Part shown: one piece after another, positions 1 to 12,120 of the stretch
How the letters are laid out: each line of letters begins with the position of its first letter
Position numbering within the stretch: position 1 is the first letter of the stretch
Position numbers and translations under genes: made by a program
The notes under the pieces: generated by a model
Database searches by the model: none
The model's input: only the letters and a program-made list of their open reading frames with translations
What the model was told of the DNA's origin: nothing
NCBI GenBank assembly: GCA_964016885.1
Contig: OZ024742.1
Span: 232,128,001-232,192,000 of the forward strand
Source of the DNA: Eledone cirrhosa
Lineage: Eukaryota
DNA: 64,000 bases
Direction: 5' to 3'

Positions 1-175
1 TCTGCACGACTATCTGTCTGCACGCCTATATCACCTCTCTGCACGACTATCTGTCTGCACGCGTATATCACCTCTCTGCACGACTATCTGTCTGCACGAC
101 TATATCACCTCTCTGCACGACTATCTGTCTGCACGCCTATATCACCTCTCTGCACGACTGTCTGTCTGCACGCCT
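1..175. repeat. 37-bp minisatellite (~4.7 copies, cut by the window edge); each unit is 16+21-bp subunits that both start TCTGCACG
   Basis: Unit tctgcacgactatctgtctgcacgcctatatcacctc restarts at 1, 38, 75, 112 and 149. Confidence 0.95.
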
Positions 176-478
176 AACGACGAAATATTTGCTTGTTTTA
201 CGTAGTCTTTAAATAGACTTGTTTTCAAGTAAAAATATTGTTTTAAAATGCTTTTAAATGGAAATGAAGCAAAACGGAAGCTTAGTGTTCGAACTGATGA
301 ATTTTGCAGGTCAATATTTTGCTGGCTCGACAACTGTTAAAGTCAGCGTAATTTTTTACGTAAGACGCTCAATGTAAACAGAACAAAGGGAAATAACTGA
401 TAACTTACGCTCAAAAATCGATACATTATATTCGATTTCGTCACATAGGGTGGGTCAATTTGAAATATTTTTTTTTCC

Positions 479-733
479 GATGTCTTCGCTAGGGCTCAAT
501 GTACAAGTATAGCAATTTCGGTGCAATTCCGTGAGAGATTCTAAGAGGAGATGTGTGCCAAAAATCGATAGACAGACAGACAACCACAGTTTTATATATA
601 TAGATAGATGTCTTCGCTAGGGCTCAATGTACAAGTATAGCAATTTCGGTGCAATTCCGTGAGAGATTCTAAGAGGAGATGTGTGCCAAAAATCGATAGA
701 CAGACAGACAACCACAGTTTTATATATATAGAT
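479..733 (+). mobile_element. Tandemly duplicated (128-bp period) 3' terminus of a Helitron/Helentron-derived (HINE/DINE-1-like) element
   Basis: gatgtcttcgctaggg...gacagacagacaaccacagttttatatatatagat occurs at 479 and 607. A GACA microsatellite followed by TTTTATATATATAGAT resembles HINE-type ends. The duplication is certain; the family call is inferred. Confidence 0.6.
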
Positions 734-939
734 TGGAGTGAAATCAACTGGTGCGTGTGTTTCTTATTAGCAACATGACCCTCCCAAAGTATAACAATAT
801 ATAACAAATATAAAAGATTAATTAATATATCAATATTGTAGCATTTAAATAAATCCGCTAGAAAAAAATCAAATTTTAGATTTTATTAGCTAGATCTAGC
901 TAGAAAATAGTTAAATTAGCAACCCTACAAGAAGTAAAT

Positions 940-1450
940 AAAGTACAATCATGTTTAACAGATACGCTAAAACATCACCAGTTTTTGTAAATGGAAAGAC
1001 CATCGAGAAAGTAGACAGATATGTGTACCTCGGAAAGAAGATGGCAAGAGATGGTGCTCTACTTCTGGAGGTCAAAAGAATGATTGTGCTTGGCTGGGCG
1101 GCTTTTGGAAAAGTTTATAAGAAGTCAACAATCGAAACCAAAAGAAAACTGTTTAATGAATACGTTCCGCCGGTGATGACTTATGGAAGTGAAACGTGGG
1201 CACCTGCACCGTAGAGACGCTTGCAATGGCTCAACGTAAAATGGAAGCGAATCATGCACAGCATCACCTTACCTGACAAGAAGAGCAACAGTGAAGGACA
1301 TAATCAAGACCACCAAGTAGGGCAAACATGGATGGGCTGGACATGCTTCTCGTCTCAGAGACTACAGAGTAGATGCCAAGGCAGTGGAGAAGAACTAGAA
1401 GGCGACCATGGGCAAGATAGTGTAACAATCTGACCTGATACCATGACCAG
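940..1450 (+). mobile_element. Degenerate RTE-clade LINE fragment (RT C-terminal part)
   Basis: ORF 951-1214 contains EKVDRYVYLG...GWAAFGK...KRKLFNEYVPPVMTYGSETW; the continuation is frameshifted. Confidence 0.85.
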
Positions 1451-1626
1451 AGAAAGGAAATGGTGGAGTGAGAAGACCATGGATTTGGGATTTGGTGTCC
1501 CTAAATACATAATACGGATTTATTTTCAATCTTTTAGACATTTAAAATTTTATATCAGTCATTTAAGAATTAAAAAAATATATATATGTAATTTCTCATA
1601 AATTCTTTTAAATATTTTATCCCATT

Positions 1627-1788
1627 TAACCCTTTAGCATTTACATTACTCTCTATTTACTGTTGTACTTTCACAATAAACACTTTATTTCACATAACCT
1701 TAACACCAATAAGAGCAACTGTTTATGGCCGGTGTAAACAAAGTGAGAGAATTCTGACTGGATGGTCAGTTTAAATGCTAAAGGGTTA
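1627..1788. mobile_element. piggyBac-type MITE family A (TTAA-CCCTTTAGCATT...AATGCTAAAGGG-TTAA)
   Basis: Terminal inverted repeats flanked by TTAA. Related copies at ~16661-16876, 31275-31465, 31747-31927, 41210-41410, 51147-51361 and 58338-58546. Confidence 0.85.
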
Positions 1789-2039
1789 ACAAGTAAATTT
1801 CTTTGCGTAGCTCCAGGTCAAATCTGATTGACTTGACCAATGATCAAACGCATTCCATCCATGGCCATCCCGTCTTTTTAGACAGTGTTTTATCTTTTGT
1901 ATGTCGATATGGTGTAAACGGAGAGAGATTTCACTGCTATTTCTAGTAAGTCGAGCTACGACGCAGCTTTGCTATATCTGATAAGTGAGAGTTCCGCCAA
2001 TGCATGTAAAGGGAGAAAACTAGAGTATTTTGGTATAAA

Positions 2040-2132
2040 TCACCGCTGTCATTTATGGGTTGAACTGAAAATTCACCAAATGTTAGTTATCGCTCCTTCT
2101 TAGCATGTTCAAGGAGAACTTTGCGAAAGTTT
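2040..2132 (+). other. GTPBP8: Probable first exon of GTPBP8 (5' boundary unknown)
   Basis: Strong donor ttt|GTAAGT at 2133 in a locally CpG-richer, non-repetitive stretch; it would join the acceptor at 4485/4486. Confidence 0.5.
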
Positions 2133-2889
2133 GTAAGTACTGATTTGTATTTAGTAACTTATTTGGAATCTCTAAGTATATCAAAATGGTGTATATTAGA
2201 CTACAAGGAAAGTTTTCTTTACCATTATATGTTGTTATCTTTGGTGTTCGTTACTTCACTATTAAAATGAATGCTCATTGGGCTAGTGTTGAGAACAAAA
2301 GAAGAGGGAGAATCATGACACAACACCAAGTCTAGATCAGAATTTCTCTTGCAGTTGCTTTGATCGGGTCTGTCTGTCCTTTATTAGTCTCGGCAGCCAC
2401 CAGCGAGCTTGTAATAGGCTTGGACAGGCCTCTTCATAAATCTTCGTTAGTGAAGCCAAGCCATGATTAAAGTGACGAACCAACGATGGGAGCTTCTACG
2501 TGGTCCTTGAAACTACCCTCAAATTGCACTATTTTAAGAAAATATACTCATAAAATAATTCTAGATACACCTAGAAAGACGAGATAATTACGCCTGGAAT
2601 GTCTTCTCTGTTATAGCTGACCTGACGCTAAACAAAACAATAACTATTAAAAGACAGCTAGGATATGTTGTGATGGGGATGCCAAAATATCTTATAAGTA
2701 TAACCAGTGGGGTACATTACATAGTACAGTGCAAACTTAATGATCTATGAAAGAAGAAAGAATTCGTGCGTAGTAATAGGAAATCAGTAGCTTAATAGAT
2801 GTTGACATAATGTTAAAGATTAGTGAAACCGAAAACGTCTATGCCGAACTTATGTGGAATACGCAGATATCGATTATAGATTATACATT

Positions 2890-3075
2890 TGCGGGTGGAC
2901 CTCCGTCGGTTTCGATGTGAGTGTTTCAGTTGTTCAATCAACGGAACGGCGTGCTCATGCAATTAACGTGTAAGTTGTTATTCATTCCATTGACACGTGT
3001 ATCCGTAACGTAATTTTCAGGGAAATTCAGCGTGACAGTGTATACTAAGATTGGCCCTTTGAATTACAGGTACAG
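2890..3075. mobile_element. SINE fragment (octopod-type interspersed repeat)
   Basis: CpG-rich block caatcaacggaac...aattcagcgtgac...ggccctttgaattacaggtac, recognised from memory of cephalopod SINE bodies; not verified by search. Confidence 0.4.
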
Positions 3076-3234
3076 TCTACCAACGGGCTTCCGAATATTT
3101 CCGAATATTTTCCATCTGCCTAATTTCACTCTCTCTGCTAGGATATATACCAACTAAGCCCCCTTTTTATCAGCTATGATCACAACTACAAGCAATTATT
3201 GGGACTGTAAACATAATTTTCCAGAAGTTTAGCA

Positions 3235-3450
3235 TTAACCCTTTCATTATCATATTTCTGATAAAATACACTGTATTTGAATTAATTAATAAATAATTGG
3301 GAGAGATTTACTAAAATTATTTCAATTATTAAGATGGTATTTGTGACAAGATTTTTATATAAAATTTTGTTGGAAGATTTTAGTTTAATTAAGAACCTTC
3401 TAAATGGAGGGTTTTGTTCCATAGAATCAGAGGCAGTTTTTGGTTGGATG
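3235..3450. mobile_element. piggyBac-type MITE family B (TTAACCCTTT...), partial
   Basis: ttaaccctttcattatcatatttct... body shared with copies at ~31557-31980, 33218-33420, 36556-36807, 57460-57568 and 58308-58744. Confidence 0.65.
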
Positions 3451-4509
3451 GTATCCGTGTAGGCATACAAACATTGATGAGTTGTAGTGCACCTGAGCAT
3501 TGTATACAATAAATTTCTAATAACATTGTTGTCCTTGTGATAGACATTGGTTTACTATGGACATATGTTACATAGAGGGAGGAGTGCAAGATTGTAACTA
3601 GATTGATTTGAGAGGTATAGTTGTCTTAGCCATATTAAGAAGTTTGCCTTGTAATCATGAGGCGCTATGGTTTGCTGCAGAAACAGAGTCAAAAGTCCTT
3701 GACAAACTGTATTTGTCTGTGGCTGGTAGACTTTATATATCTACATCTAGTGCATTTGAAGTGCAGGTTATTTGTCAGTTTGACAGAAACCTTACTGCTT
3801 ATTTTTTGTACCTATCACTTGCACAGTATAATGCTCATACCCACTCCATATATATATTGAGCAATGTGCTTTCCCAGATAACACTGGAATTTTGTTCTTT
3901 TCATCCTTAACTTAGTCTCTGTGAGTGTGTTGTGTCAAAGCTCCACCTTAGCAACAGTCAGGTTGTTAGATTAGAGATGTTTGAGAGGACTCTTCAGTTT
4001 GGCCTGGCATATAACAATCTCTCTAGTTCTGGTCCCACAATAAAATGCACCCAGTATACCCTTTAAAGTATCTATGTTGATGCCATAATAAAATACACCC
4101 AGTCCACTCTGTAAAGTGGTAGTGTTGATGTCAGGAAAAATACACCCTGTAAGGTCTGGAAGGTGGTTAACATTATGAAGAACATCCAGCAATAGAAACC
4201 TTGCTAAATACGGTATATATTGAGCAAGATCTGTCATTTATCTGGACTCGGACAATGACAACCTATCCAACCCAGCCAGTGTGGAAAGCAGACATAAAAT
4301 GATGATGATGATGATAACATTTTCACCACAGCTTCAACTCTGAGTGTAAACTTGTGAATATTTTAACACTATTTCTTTTCAACATTATAGGATATTAAAT
4401 TGATAAGCAAATCAATCCTTAATAAAATTTGTATTTTATTAATATACTGATGCTATTTTCTTCTATTTTTAAAAATCTTTTACAGAATAAATGCTTCTCT
4501 TGGATTAGA

Positions 4510-4821
4510 ATGATTGTAAGCAAAAGGTTTATGTATGAAATTGCTAAAAAAAGGAACACCATGCCAAAATTGTTGCCTATTCACCGATTAAAAAGCCAAT
4601 TGAAGCATTCTGATTACCTGAAAGAAATTTGCAAAAATCCTTTGTTAGATCTCCAAAAGCATCTTCAGGAACCTGTTTTTCAAGATACTTTAATTTTTCA
4701 GCCATGTATTAAAGAAATTCAAGAAGCAACAAAATTGTTTAAAGAGCATGGAAAACACAAAATAGGTTTTATGAAATCAGTATTTGACATGAAAGATCTT
4801 CCTGAAGAAAAGCTACCCGAA
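4510..4821 (+). CDS. GTPBP8: GTP-binding protein 8 (EngB/YihA family), coding exon A (acceptor 4485, first in-frame ATG 4510)
   Basis: tttacAG acceptor; MIVSKRF...FMKSVFDMKDLPEEKLPE then GTATGA donor, phase 0, joining [13 protein letters not shown] to give the EngB [16 protein letters not shown] motif. Confidence 0.85.
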
Positions 4822-4901
4822 GTATGAGATATTGTTATCCTTTTATTTGTATGTTTGCATTTAAAAACAAATTATCTTCCTTCTGTAACCCATATAAAAG
4901 T

Positions 4902-5152
4902 TGTGGTGAGGAAGCAAACGGACCTATCTTGCGTCTCCACTTGTGTCTGGACTGAATGTCCCTGCACGGATGTAAACATGTCTTACATCCAGCCAAGATA
5001 ATACAGAGCGTCTCTTGCACACAATCATACCATGTCCACACTGTACTGCGCCCTGACGAAAGAGGAAGCAACAAGTGCATGAACCATGTGACGTCACTGG
5101 CCCCTTGCTTCTGGCAAGACCTCCCCTACACTTCCGGCACCGTAGCTCCACA
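4902..5152 (-). mobile_element. 3' LTR (~251 bp) of a Gypsy-type element
   Basis: Inverted termini TGTGG...CCACA, preceded on the minus strand by the purine tract AAGGGAGTG (5153-5161). Confidence 0.6.
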
Positions 5153-6965
5153 CACTCCCTTGATCTCAAGGATCAATCACCCCATCATATTACTCCATCA
5201 CCCCATCATATTACTCCATGTCAAAGTCCATCATCCACCTGGGTGGACAGCATTCCCATTGCAATCTCCTCACAGTTGGGGCAGAGCTTTCGTTCTCTTC
5301 TCCGAAGTCCAACAAATCAACGATTCTATGGACATCCAAGATGTGAGGCGGCATTCCATTCATAGACACATTATTTCAGGAATTTACAGCTGTTACCATT
5401 CCCTTTCCCCATTGAGATGTGCAACGCACATTCGGGGGCTTGACCCAGACTTCTTTGCCCACTCATACAAATGCATTCTGTCTCTCCTCCACAGGTCATT
5501 GTAATAATATGCACAGATGTCACCATTGATATCTATATTGTCCTATGTGGCACCGACCCCTTGGCCTGACCCACACAAGGAGACATGTTGTACCAGAACA
5601 CTGCCTCCATTGGTGAAATGTTTCCCCTCTCCGCCATGGCCTTGATTATGCAATGGTATCTCGCCATGATCTCATTTCTGCTTGACCAGTACGCTACTCT
5701 GAAGAAGCAGCTCACATTCCACCTGCCGAGTATCTCCTTCAGCACCTCCAAGTGAAACTCTGCAGTACATCCACAGCGCCTCACTCTAAGAATATATCTT
5801 TCAGCGACCGTGTGATTTCCTTTGCAGTCCCCGTCTACATCTCCCCCCATATTGCCATCCACCCTGGACTGCAACTGACCATCGAGAGATATGTCCCATG
5901 TCAGTAGTGTGTCACATCTCCTACCTATCGCTTCCAGTTGTGCTCCACCGGGATGTTACCCATCTCATGTATGCTCTGGCGTGGGGTCGTTAGACTGGCA
6001 TTTGTCACAACTCCCAACCACTTTCTGGACACTGTCTTATAACGTCGGAGTCAACTTTCCTGGCTTGGAACAGGGTCCTATCCACTCCCATATGATGCAT
6101 GGTATGCAACCTCCTCAGTTGACACACTGCAGCTATCCCCTTTTCTGCATTCTCAGGTACTTCCAGCTAGGCTTTCTTCACTCTGGTTAGGATGTCTCCC
6201 TTATTTTTCTCCGATGGCTCAAAGACAACACTCAACTTCAGGCCAAACTCAGCAGCCAGCTCTCTCAGAGTTCCCAGATAGTGCTTTATTAACATTTCTG
6301 CCACCTCTCGCGTTTGCACCATCCTCTCACTGGTAAGCACTGATCTCACCCATCCAAGAGTGACTGAATCAGTATGAATCTCTATGGTTCGCAGTACCCA
6401 TCCCAGGGCGAGATTCATTCCCCTCAGCATGGTGTCCAATTCAGCCACATCGATATGGTTACAGTCCTCCTTCTTCCTGAGCCAGGCTGTGTCCTCAACC
6501 CGACACCCCTTATGCTGCTAGCATCATACCATATGGTCCCATTCAATTTGGGTACATACCAGCTTCCTCTTACTGGGTCATCCGCCTTTACCCTCTTCAC
6601 CATCTCTCTCATCATGACCACCGTCCACTCTCCTACCCTGTCTCCTGACATAGCTGCATGCTGTTTGGAGCCACCCTGCAATTTTCCACACATTGAGAAA
6701 AGTTCTCGTCTGTCCATGGCGGTGCCCAGTTTTGAGACTTCATTCCCTCTTCGAAATATCAGTGTGCCTGTCTTGTCTCTTCACAGCTTGAGTCCCAATA
6801 CAGCTCCTCCTTCCATCACCTCTGGCAGTTTCGCGGTTAACCCGAACCTTCCTAGGTGGCTTGAGACCTCTGCCGCTGATACCACGGTCTCATCTACCAA
6901 GATATCATCGATGTAGGAATTGGTGGCCCTCTTCACATTGTCTATATTCCCCAGAATGGTAGACA
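5153..6965 (-). mobile_element. Degenerate, 5'-truncated Gypsy-type LTR retrotransposon pol (RT-RNaseH-integrase)
   Basis: YIDDILV RT motif (6781-6966); RNaseH WYDASS, AELD and IHTDS motifs; integrase-like segment 5533-5874. Order is RT-RH-IN, with many frameshifts. Confidence 0.85.
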
Positions 6966-7601
6966 AGGTGAAGTAATTTTACCTGAGAGATTATTATTAT
7001 ATTTTTAAAAAATTATTTTGGCACCAAAACTCAGATATCTGAGGCTATGTTTGTAAAAGTACTTCTACAAATGGCATTGGATTCACATTATTTTTCATTT
7101 CATTACTCTTGATTGCTGACTAATTTAGAAAGTGAACTGTTGTATTCTCTGAGCACATGTCCATAGTTAATTATTGGCAGGGAAATTTCAAATATATTTG
7201 TTAATTATTATAAGGTAACATTGTAAAGTTAGACAAAAAAATAATACTTAAATGAAACAAAAGAAAAAGGAAAGGGAAAGAAAAAGAAAAAAGAGAATGA
7301 AACAATGAAGGAAAGTGAGAGGAGGAGGGAGGGACAGACCTCTTACTACAGACAATCTTATAATTCTCAAACAATACCATGACTATAGTTTATGATGTAT
7401 TACACAACACACAAGTGTTTTAAGGCCTTTTCCCCTGCTAAAGCAGAGGTTCACCTTGCTGGCTCCATGACAAGCTAAGTTTATATTAATCTGACACTAA
7501 TCAAAGAATAGAATAGACACACACACACTTACACATATATGTATGTACACACTCGCACACACACAAACATATGCATATTTCCCTAAAGCATTTCTTTCTA
7601 A

Positions 7602-7862
<261 letters not shown>

Positions 7863-7999
7863 TGAGGCAATGTCCTTCTTGATTCCAACCCTTTTAGTCG
7901 CTTCTTATAACATGCAGGAATATGGTGTACTTATTTTAAACTGGATAGACAAAGCCTACCAGACATGCATTCTTTATCTTATTCCTGGAAGGCCTGCCA

Positions 8000-8700
8000 G
8001 ACATACATTCTTCGCCCACTTATTCCTATGAGGGTTGTGGGAGCAGAGTCCTCAAGCATGCCTTCCAGAGGGTCTTCTCAGAAGCAACTATCTTGAATTG
8101 ATCCGGTTGGATCTTCAAGCAGACCAGCCAAGCTCATGTATGTTATCCAACCATCTTGCTTGGGGCTCTATCCCTTTATTTTGCCTATAAAATCTGTCCA
8201 GCGATTCTTTCCTGAGACATTCTAACCACATGTCTGTAGTGTTGGAGCTCTCATCTCTCAATTTGGAGAAGTAGTGGCTGCACCTGGAGCAACTCTGTGA
8301 TCTCCATGCTACTCTATTGAGTAATGTTCTCCAAAGACCCTTCGGATGAACCCTATTTCGGCCACTTGTATTTGCAATTGTATTCTTTTGGTCATTACCC
8401 AAGTCTCATGACTATAGGTAAGGGTTGGCATGAATGCTAAATTGAAGATCATGAGTTTGGCTTTTACACCAACCTCCCTTCTATTATCTGAATGCTGAAG
8501 CTGGCGAGTTACTGCACCAGCTCCTGCAATTCTTACACTAAATTCAGCCTCCTGTCTTCCATCACTCATGAACAAGGCCCTGAAATACTTGAACTTCTCC
8601 ACCTGCTTCAGTGGAACTTCACTCACATGTAGAGTGCACTGTGCAGGCTTCCTTGAGAGGATGTGTGCCTTAGTCTTTGCGGCACAGATATACATTGCCT
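8000..8700 (-). mobile_element. Degenerate RTE-clade LINE 3' fragment (second family)
   Basis: QVEKFKYF...AGAGAVTRQL...MPTLTYSHETW. Related pieces at ~18570-18750(-), 52900-53080(+) and 56090-56795(+). Confidence 0.85.
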
Positions 8701-9458
8701 TTTGAATTTTGAAATTTTAGATCTCTCATTTTTTATTTTTTACAAACATCCAGAATGCTCTTCATAAATTTCATTTATATTTTTAATTAATTTAAACAAT
8801 TGTGTAAGAACATTTGTATTCTCATAGAATTTGTATATATTCCTACCAAGTAACTCTACTTTCTTAAAGCTGAGCCAATGAAGGAGTGAGCTTTTATGTG
8901 GTCATTCAACCTGCTACGTATATTAACCAAATTTCCTTTACATAGTTCCCTACCATCTTGAAAAGGGAAGGATAAATTTGGTAATGCAATCCTAGATATA
9001 CTATGCCTGAAAAAAAGTTGGATAGTTAAGTGATGTAACACTTTTGATCTTTGGTCTGCTTAATCAGGGCTGACTTGGTATTAAACAACAACCCTTTTTG
9101 TATTTGTAGTAGGGTCTGTGCCAAAAGTCCCAGTTATCGATGATGTACTAAGTGCGTTTATCATGTAAATCACTAACACTAAGGAGAATGTCAGGTCCTT
9201 GACACAACTGAAGGGTCCTCCCAACTTTTTGTTTGGCAAGCTTTCTATGGAATCTAGGTGTTTTAGGGGAGCAGCAACTAAGGAATGAAAAAAAGGAGGG
9301 GGTGTAGTAATGGTGAGGATAGGGGCCAGTGGGAAGGGCATGCAGGGAAAAGAGTAGCCATTCAATATTTTAAAGTAGCAGTTTGCATAAAATATTGTAA
9401 TTCCAAGTTAAATTATTATTTATGAAAATTAAATTGTGTTCTTTGAAACTCATTTTAG

Positions 9459-9589
9459 GGTCGAACAAGATGTTTAAACTTTTATGGAGTGGGAAAATCA
9501 TTTTGTCTAATTGATATGCCTGGTTATGGTTATAATATGCCAAAACATTTTGTTGAAAGTGTGGAAAGTTACATCAGTACAAGAAGAAA
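9459..9589 (+). CDS. GTPBP8: GTPBP8 exon C (G2/G3)
   Basis: ttttAG|GRTRCLNFY...LIDMPGYGY...YISTRR|GTAAGT, phase 0/2. Confidence 0.95.
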
Positions 9590-9951
9590 GTAAGTACATG
9601 TAATTATTCAAAATACTAATTTTTAATATTAAAATTATGCTTCGAATTATGTATCTCATTTCATAATTCTTCACCAAAAATCAAATTAAATTATAAAGAT
9701 AAAAATCTGGATGCGATTTCTACTATGTTATTGTTAGTATCTCAATAAAAATGCTGAAAAGAATTTATACTTTTAATGGCCTATCGGAAGCAGGAGGGGA
9801 TTAAGCTTGCATGGGATCCCTGGCTGAAAATTTCATCATGGCCCTTGTCTCAATTTTATGGTCATTTAAAGATTTGGGCAATTTCTGAAATTTTGAAAAT
9901 ATTGAATTTATTTGATTTTTAGAGACCTAGTACTCTGAGTGGCTTTTATCC

Positions 9952-10350
9952 CATCATCATCATCATCATCATCATCATTTTACGTCCGCTTTTCCCTGCT
10001 TGCACGGGTGGGACGGGAACTGATTCTGGCTTGATTTCTACAGCTGGATGCCCTTACTAACACCAACCTCATTTACAGTGAGTGCTGGGTGCTTTTTTTC
10101 CGTGGCGCCTACATGTCCACTTTACAGTGTAGACTGGGTGCTTTTTTTCCGTGGCACCTCCACGACCACTTTGCAGTGGATTGATAGGGATCCCAGTACT
10201 ATCATCTCATTTCTATAGCTGAGTAAACTGGAGCAATGTGAAATAAAGTGTCTTGCTCAAGGAAACAACACATCACCCGGTCTGAGAATTGAACTCACAA
10301 CCTTTCGATTGCAAGGCCAATGCTCTAACCACTAAGCCATGTGCCTCCAT
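9952..10350 (-). mobile_element. Full-length tRNA-head SINE with CORE/V-like body and RTE-derived tail
   Basis: Minus strand: A box TGGCTTAGTGG, B box GTTCAATTC, then CCTTGAGCAAGACACTT, tandem ACTGTAAA units and a (GAT)n tail. A nearly identical copy lies at 22232-22580. Confidence 0.85.
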
Positions 10351-10786
10351 GTTTTTGGAAATTGATTTCCTTAATCTCCACCATCTGAAGTCAAAGTTTA
10401 GGTGGCTGTTACTGAATAGCAACAACTGTTGAGCACCCCATCTTCTCTAATATTACAGTATGCCTTTGAAACTTGACAGAACACTTGAATTCAGTTACCC
10501 AAATACCTGATTTTCAGTGTATCAAGGAAGTTAAAAAAATGGAAAAAGTGCAAATTATCTTAGAGTGGAACACTCTGACGTTAATGTTAAATTCCTTCAT
10601 CTCAAAGGCTCTGCAAGTCAATTTTTCTGGCCAGGTAATGACGACATCAGTTAGATTCCAATCAAGAACATCATGAAGAAAGTTGATCCACCTTCCTCTG
10701 CTGGATGCTTTTACAAGATGGACAGGGTGTTTTTCATTGTGGCACCAGTTCTACTACCTTGTGCTATTATTTTTGGTTTATATTAC

Positions 10787-11352
10787 ATGAATGAACTAAG
10801 AGAGAAATTAGGCATAAGAGGAATCAAATGCTGTGTGCAGGAGAGGAGATTGTGTTGGTATGGACATGTGTTGCATATGAAGGATGACAGCTGCATAAAA
10901 AAGTACAGAGCGCTCAAAATCATTGGAAGCCTTGGAGTGGGGAAACCCAGGAAGACCTGGAATGAGGTGATAAAAGCTGATCTTGCACCTCTCAAAGGAG
11001 ATGACACATGACCAGGATCTCTGGCGATATACAGTAATACAGAAGACCCGACTTTCTACGAGCACAAGCTGAAGCATATGTACAGTATGCCCCACCCAAC
11101 CCCACCAGCCCACACTGGACATGTAAAAGACACGGCAAAAAGCACCCAGCCCACACTGTAAAGTAGACGTGTATAAGACACGGCAAAAGCACCCAGCACA
11201 CACTGTCAATGTGGTTGGCATTAGGAAGGGCATCCAGCCAGAAACACCCCTACATGAGCAAGACACGGTTACCAAACCCAGCTTGCCTCTAAATGGGACC
11301 CGTCTAACCAATGCTAGCGTGGAAGATGGACGTTAATCGATGATGATGATGA
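10787..11352 (+). mobile_element. RTE LINE 3' end (5'-truncated) with 3'UTR tandem units and (GAT)n tail
   Basis: ELREKLGIRGI...RRLCWYGHV...GKPRKTW, followed by the same tail as 18973-20577. Confidence 0.9.
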
Positions 11353-11649
11353 TTACATCAAACAATAGAAACATTGTTTGGAATGTTGGCCTTGTGCCTA
11401 AATCAGAAACCATTATTAGTTGTATGTTTCCTATCTTATGCTATATTCTAGCTAGAGGCTTCTTTTAGTTAAAAAAAGAAGTCTAAGTTTAACAGTGATA
11501 ATGATGTTTTATTTCTGAAGATATATCTTATACATCACATATTTTGTATGTATAGTGAAAAATATTCTGCTTTTGTACTGTTTCAATTTTGTTTTATTAG
11601 CCACTTCTCAGATTTTATTAAAAATAAGAAATATTTTTGTCATCAACAG

Positions 11650-11749
11650 TTTAGCCCGAACGTTTTTATTAATTGATGCAAAACTTGGAATCACACCTGC
11701 CGATAAAATTGCTTTAAAAATGCTTGAAGAATTCCTTATTCCTTATGTT
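11650..11749 (+). CDS. GTPBP8: GTPBP8 exon D
   Basis: caacAG|(N)LARTFLLIDAKLGITPADKIALKMLEEFLIPYV|GTAAGT, phase 2/0. Confidence 0.95.
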
Positions 11750-11944
11750 GTAAGTTGACTTTTAATTATACTGCATGACATGATAATATTTTAACATAAA
11801 TGACTTTATGATTAATTACTCTAGGGTTAATAACTGTTTTGTTTGAGGAAATTTTAAATTCTCTCTTCCAGTTCTTCCAAATTCAAACACAAGAAACTAA
11901 GCACATTATATCTAAACATTATATTTTAGAAAAAAGCGGTGTAT

Positions 11945-12120
11945 TGGCAGTATCGGTAGAGAGTCAGACGACATGCTTTGACGCATAGTTACGGCCCTTG
12001 CCATTCTGAGTTCAAATCCCACCGAGGTTAACTTTGCCTTTCATCCTTACGGGGTCAATAAAATAAAGTACCAGTAATGCACTGGGTAATTGTGGCCTTG
12101 TGCCAAAAGTAGAAACAATT
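11945..12120 (+). mobile_element. tRNA-derived SINE with Deu/Nin-type domain
   Basis: GTTCAAATCCC B box, then GCCTTTCATCCTTACGGGGTCxATAAAATAAAGTACCAG. Further copies at ~13488-13660(+), 18226-18325(+), 48570-48780(-), 60470-60610(-) and 60740-60880(+). Confidence 0.8.

Noticed and set aside
1-175. 37-bp repeats resembling a CRISPR array
   Set aside because: Units are contiguous with no unique spacers, there are no cas genes, and the context is eukaryotic.
10270-10350. tRNA-like sequence on the - strand (also ~22500-22580, 49090-49160, 54160-54230)
   Set aside because: It has A/B boxes but runs straight into a repeated SINE body; these are SINE heads, not tRNA genes.
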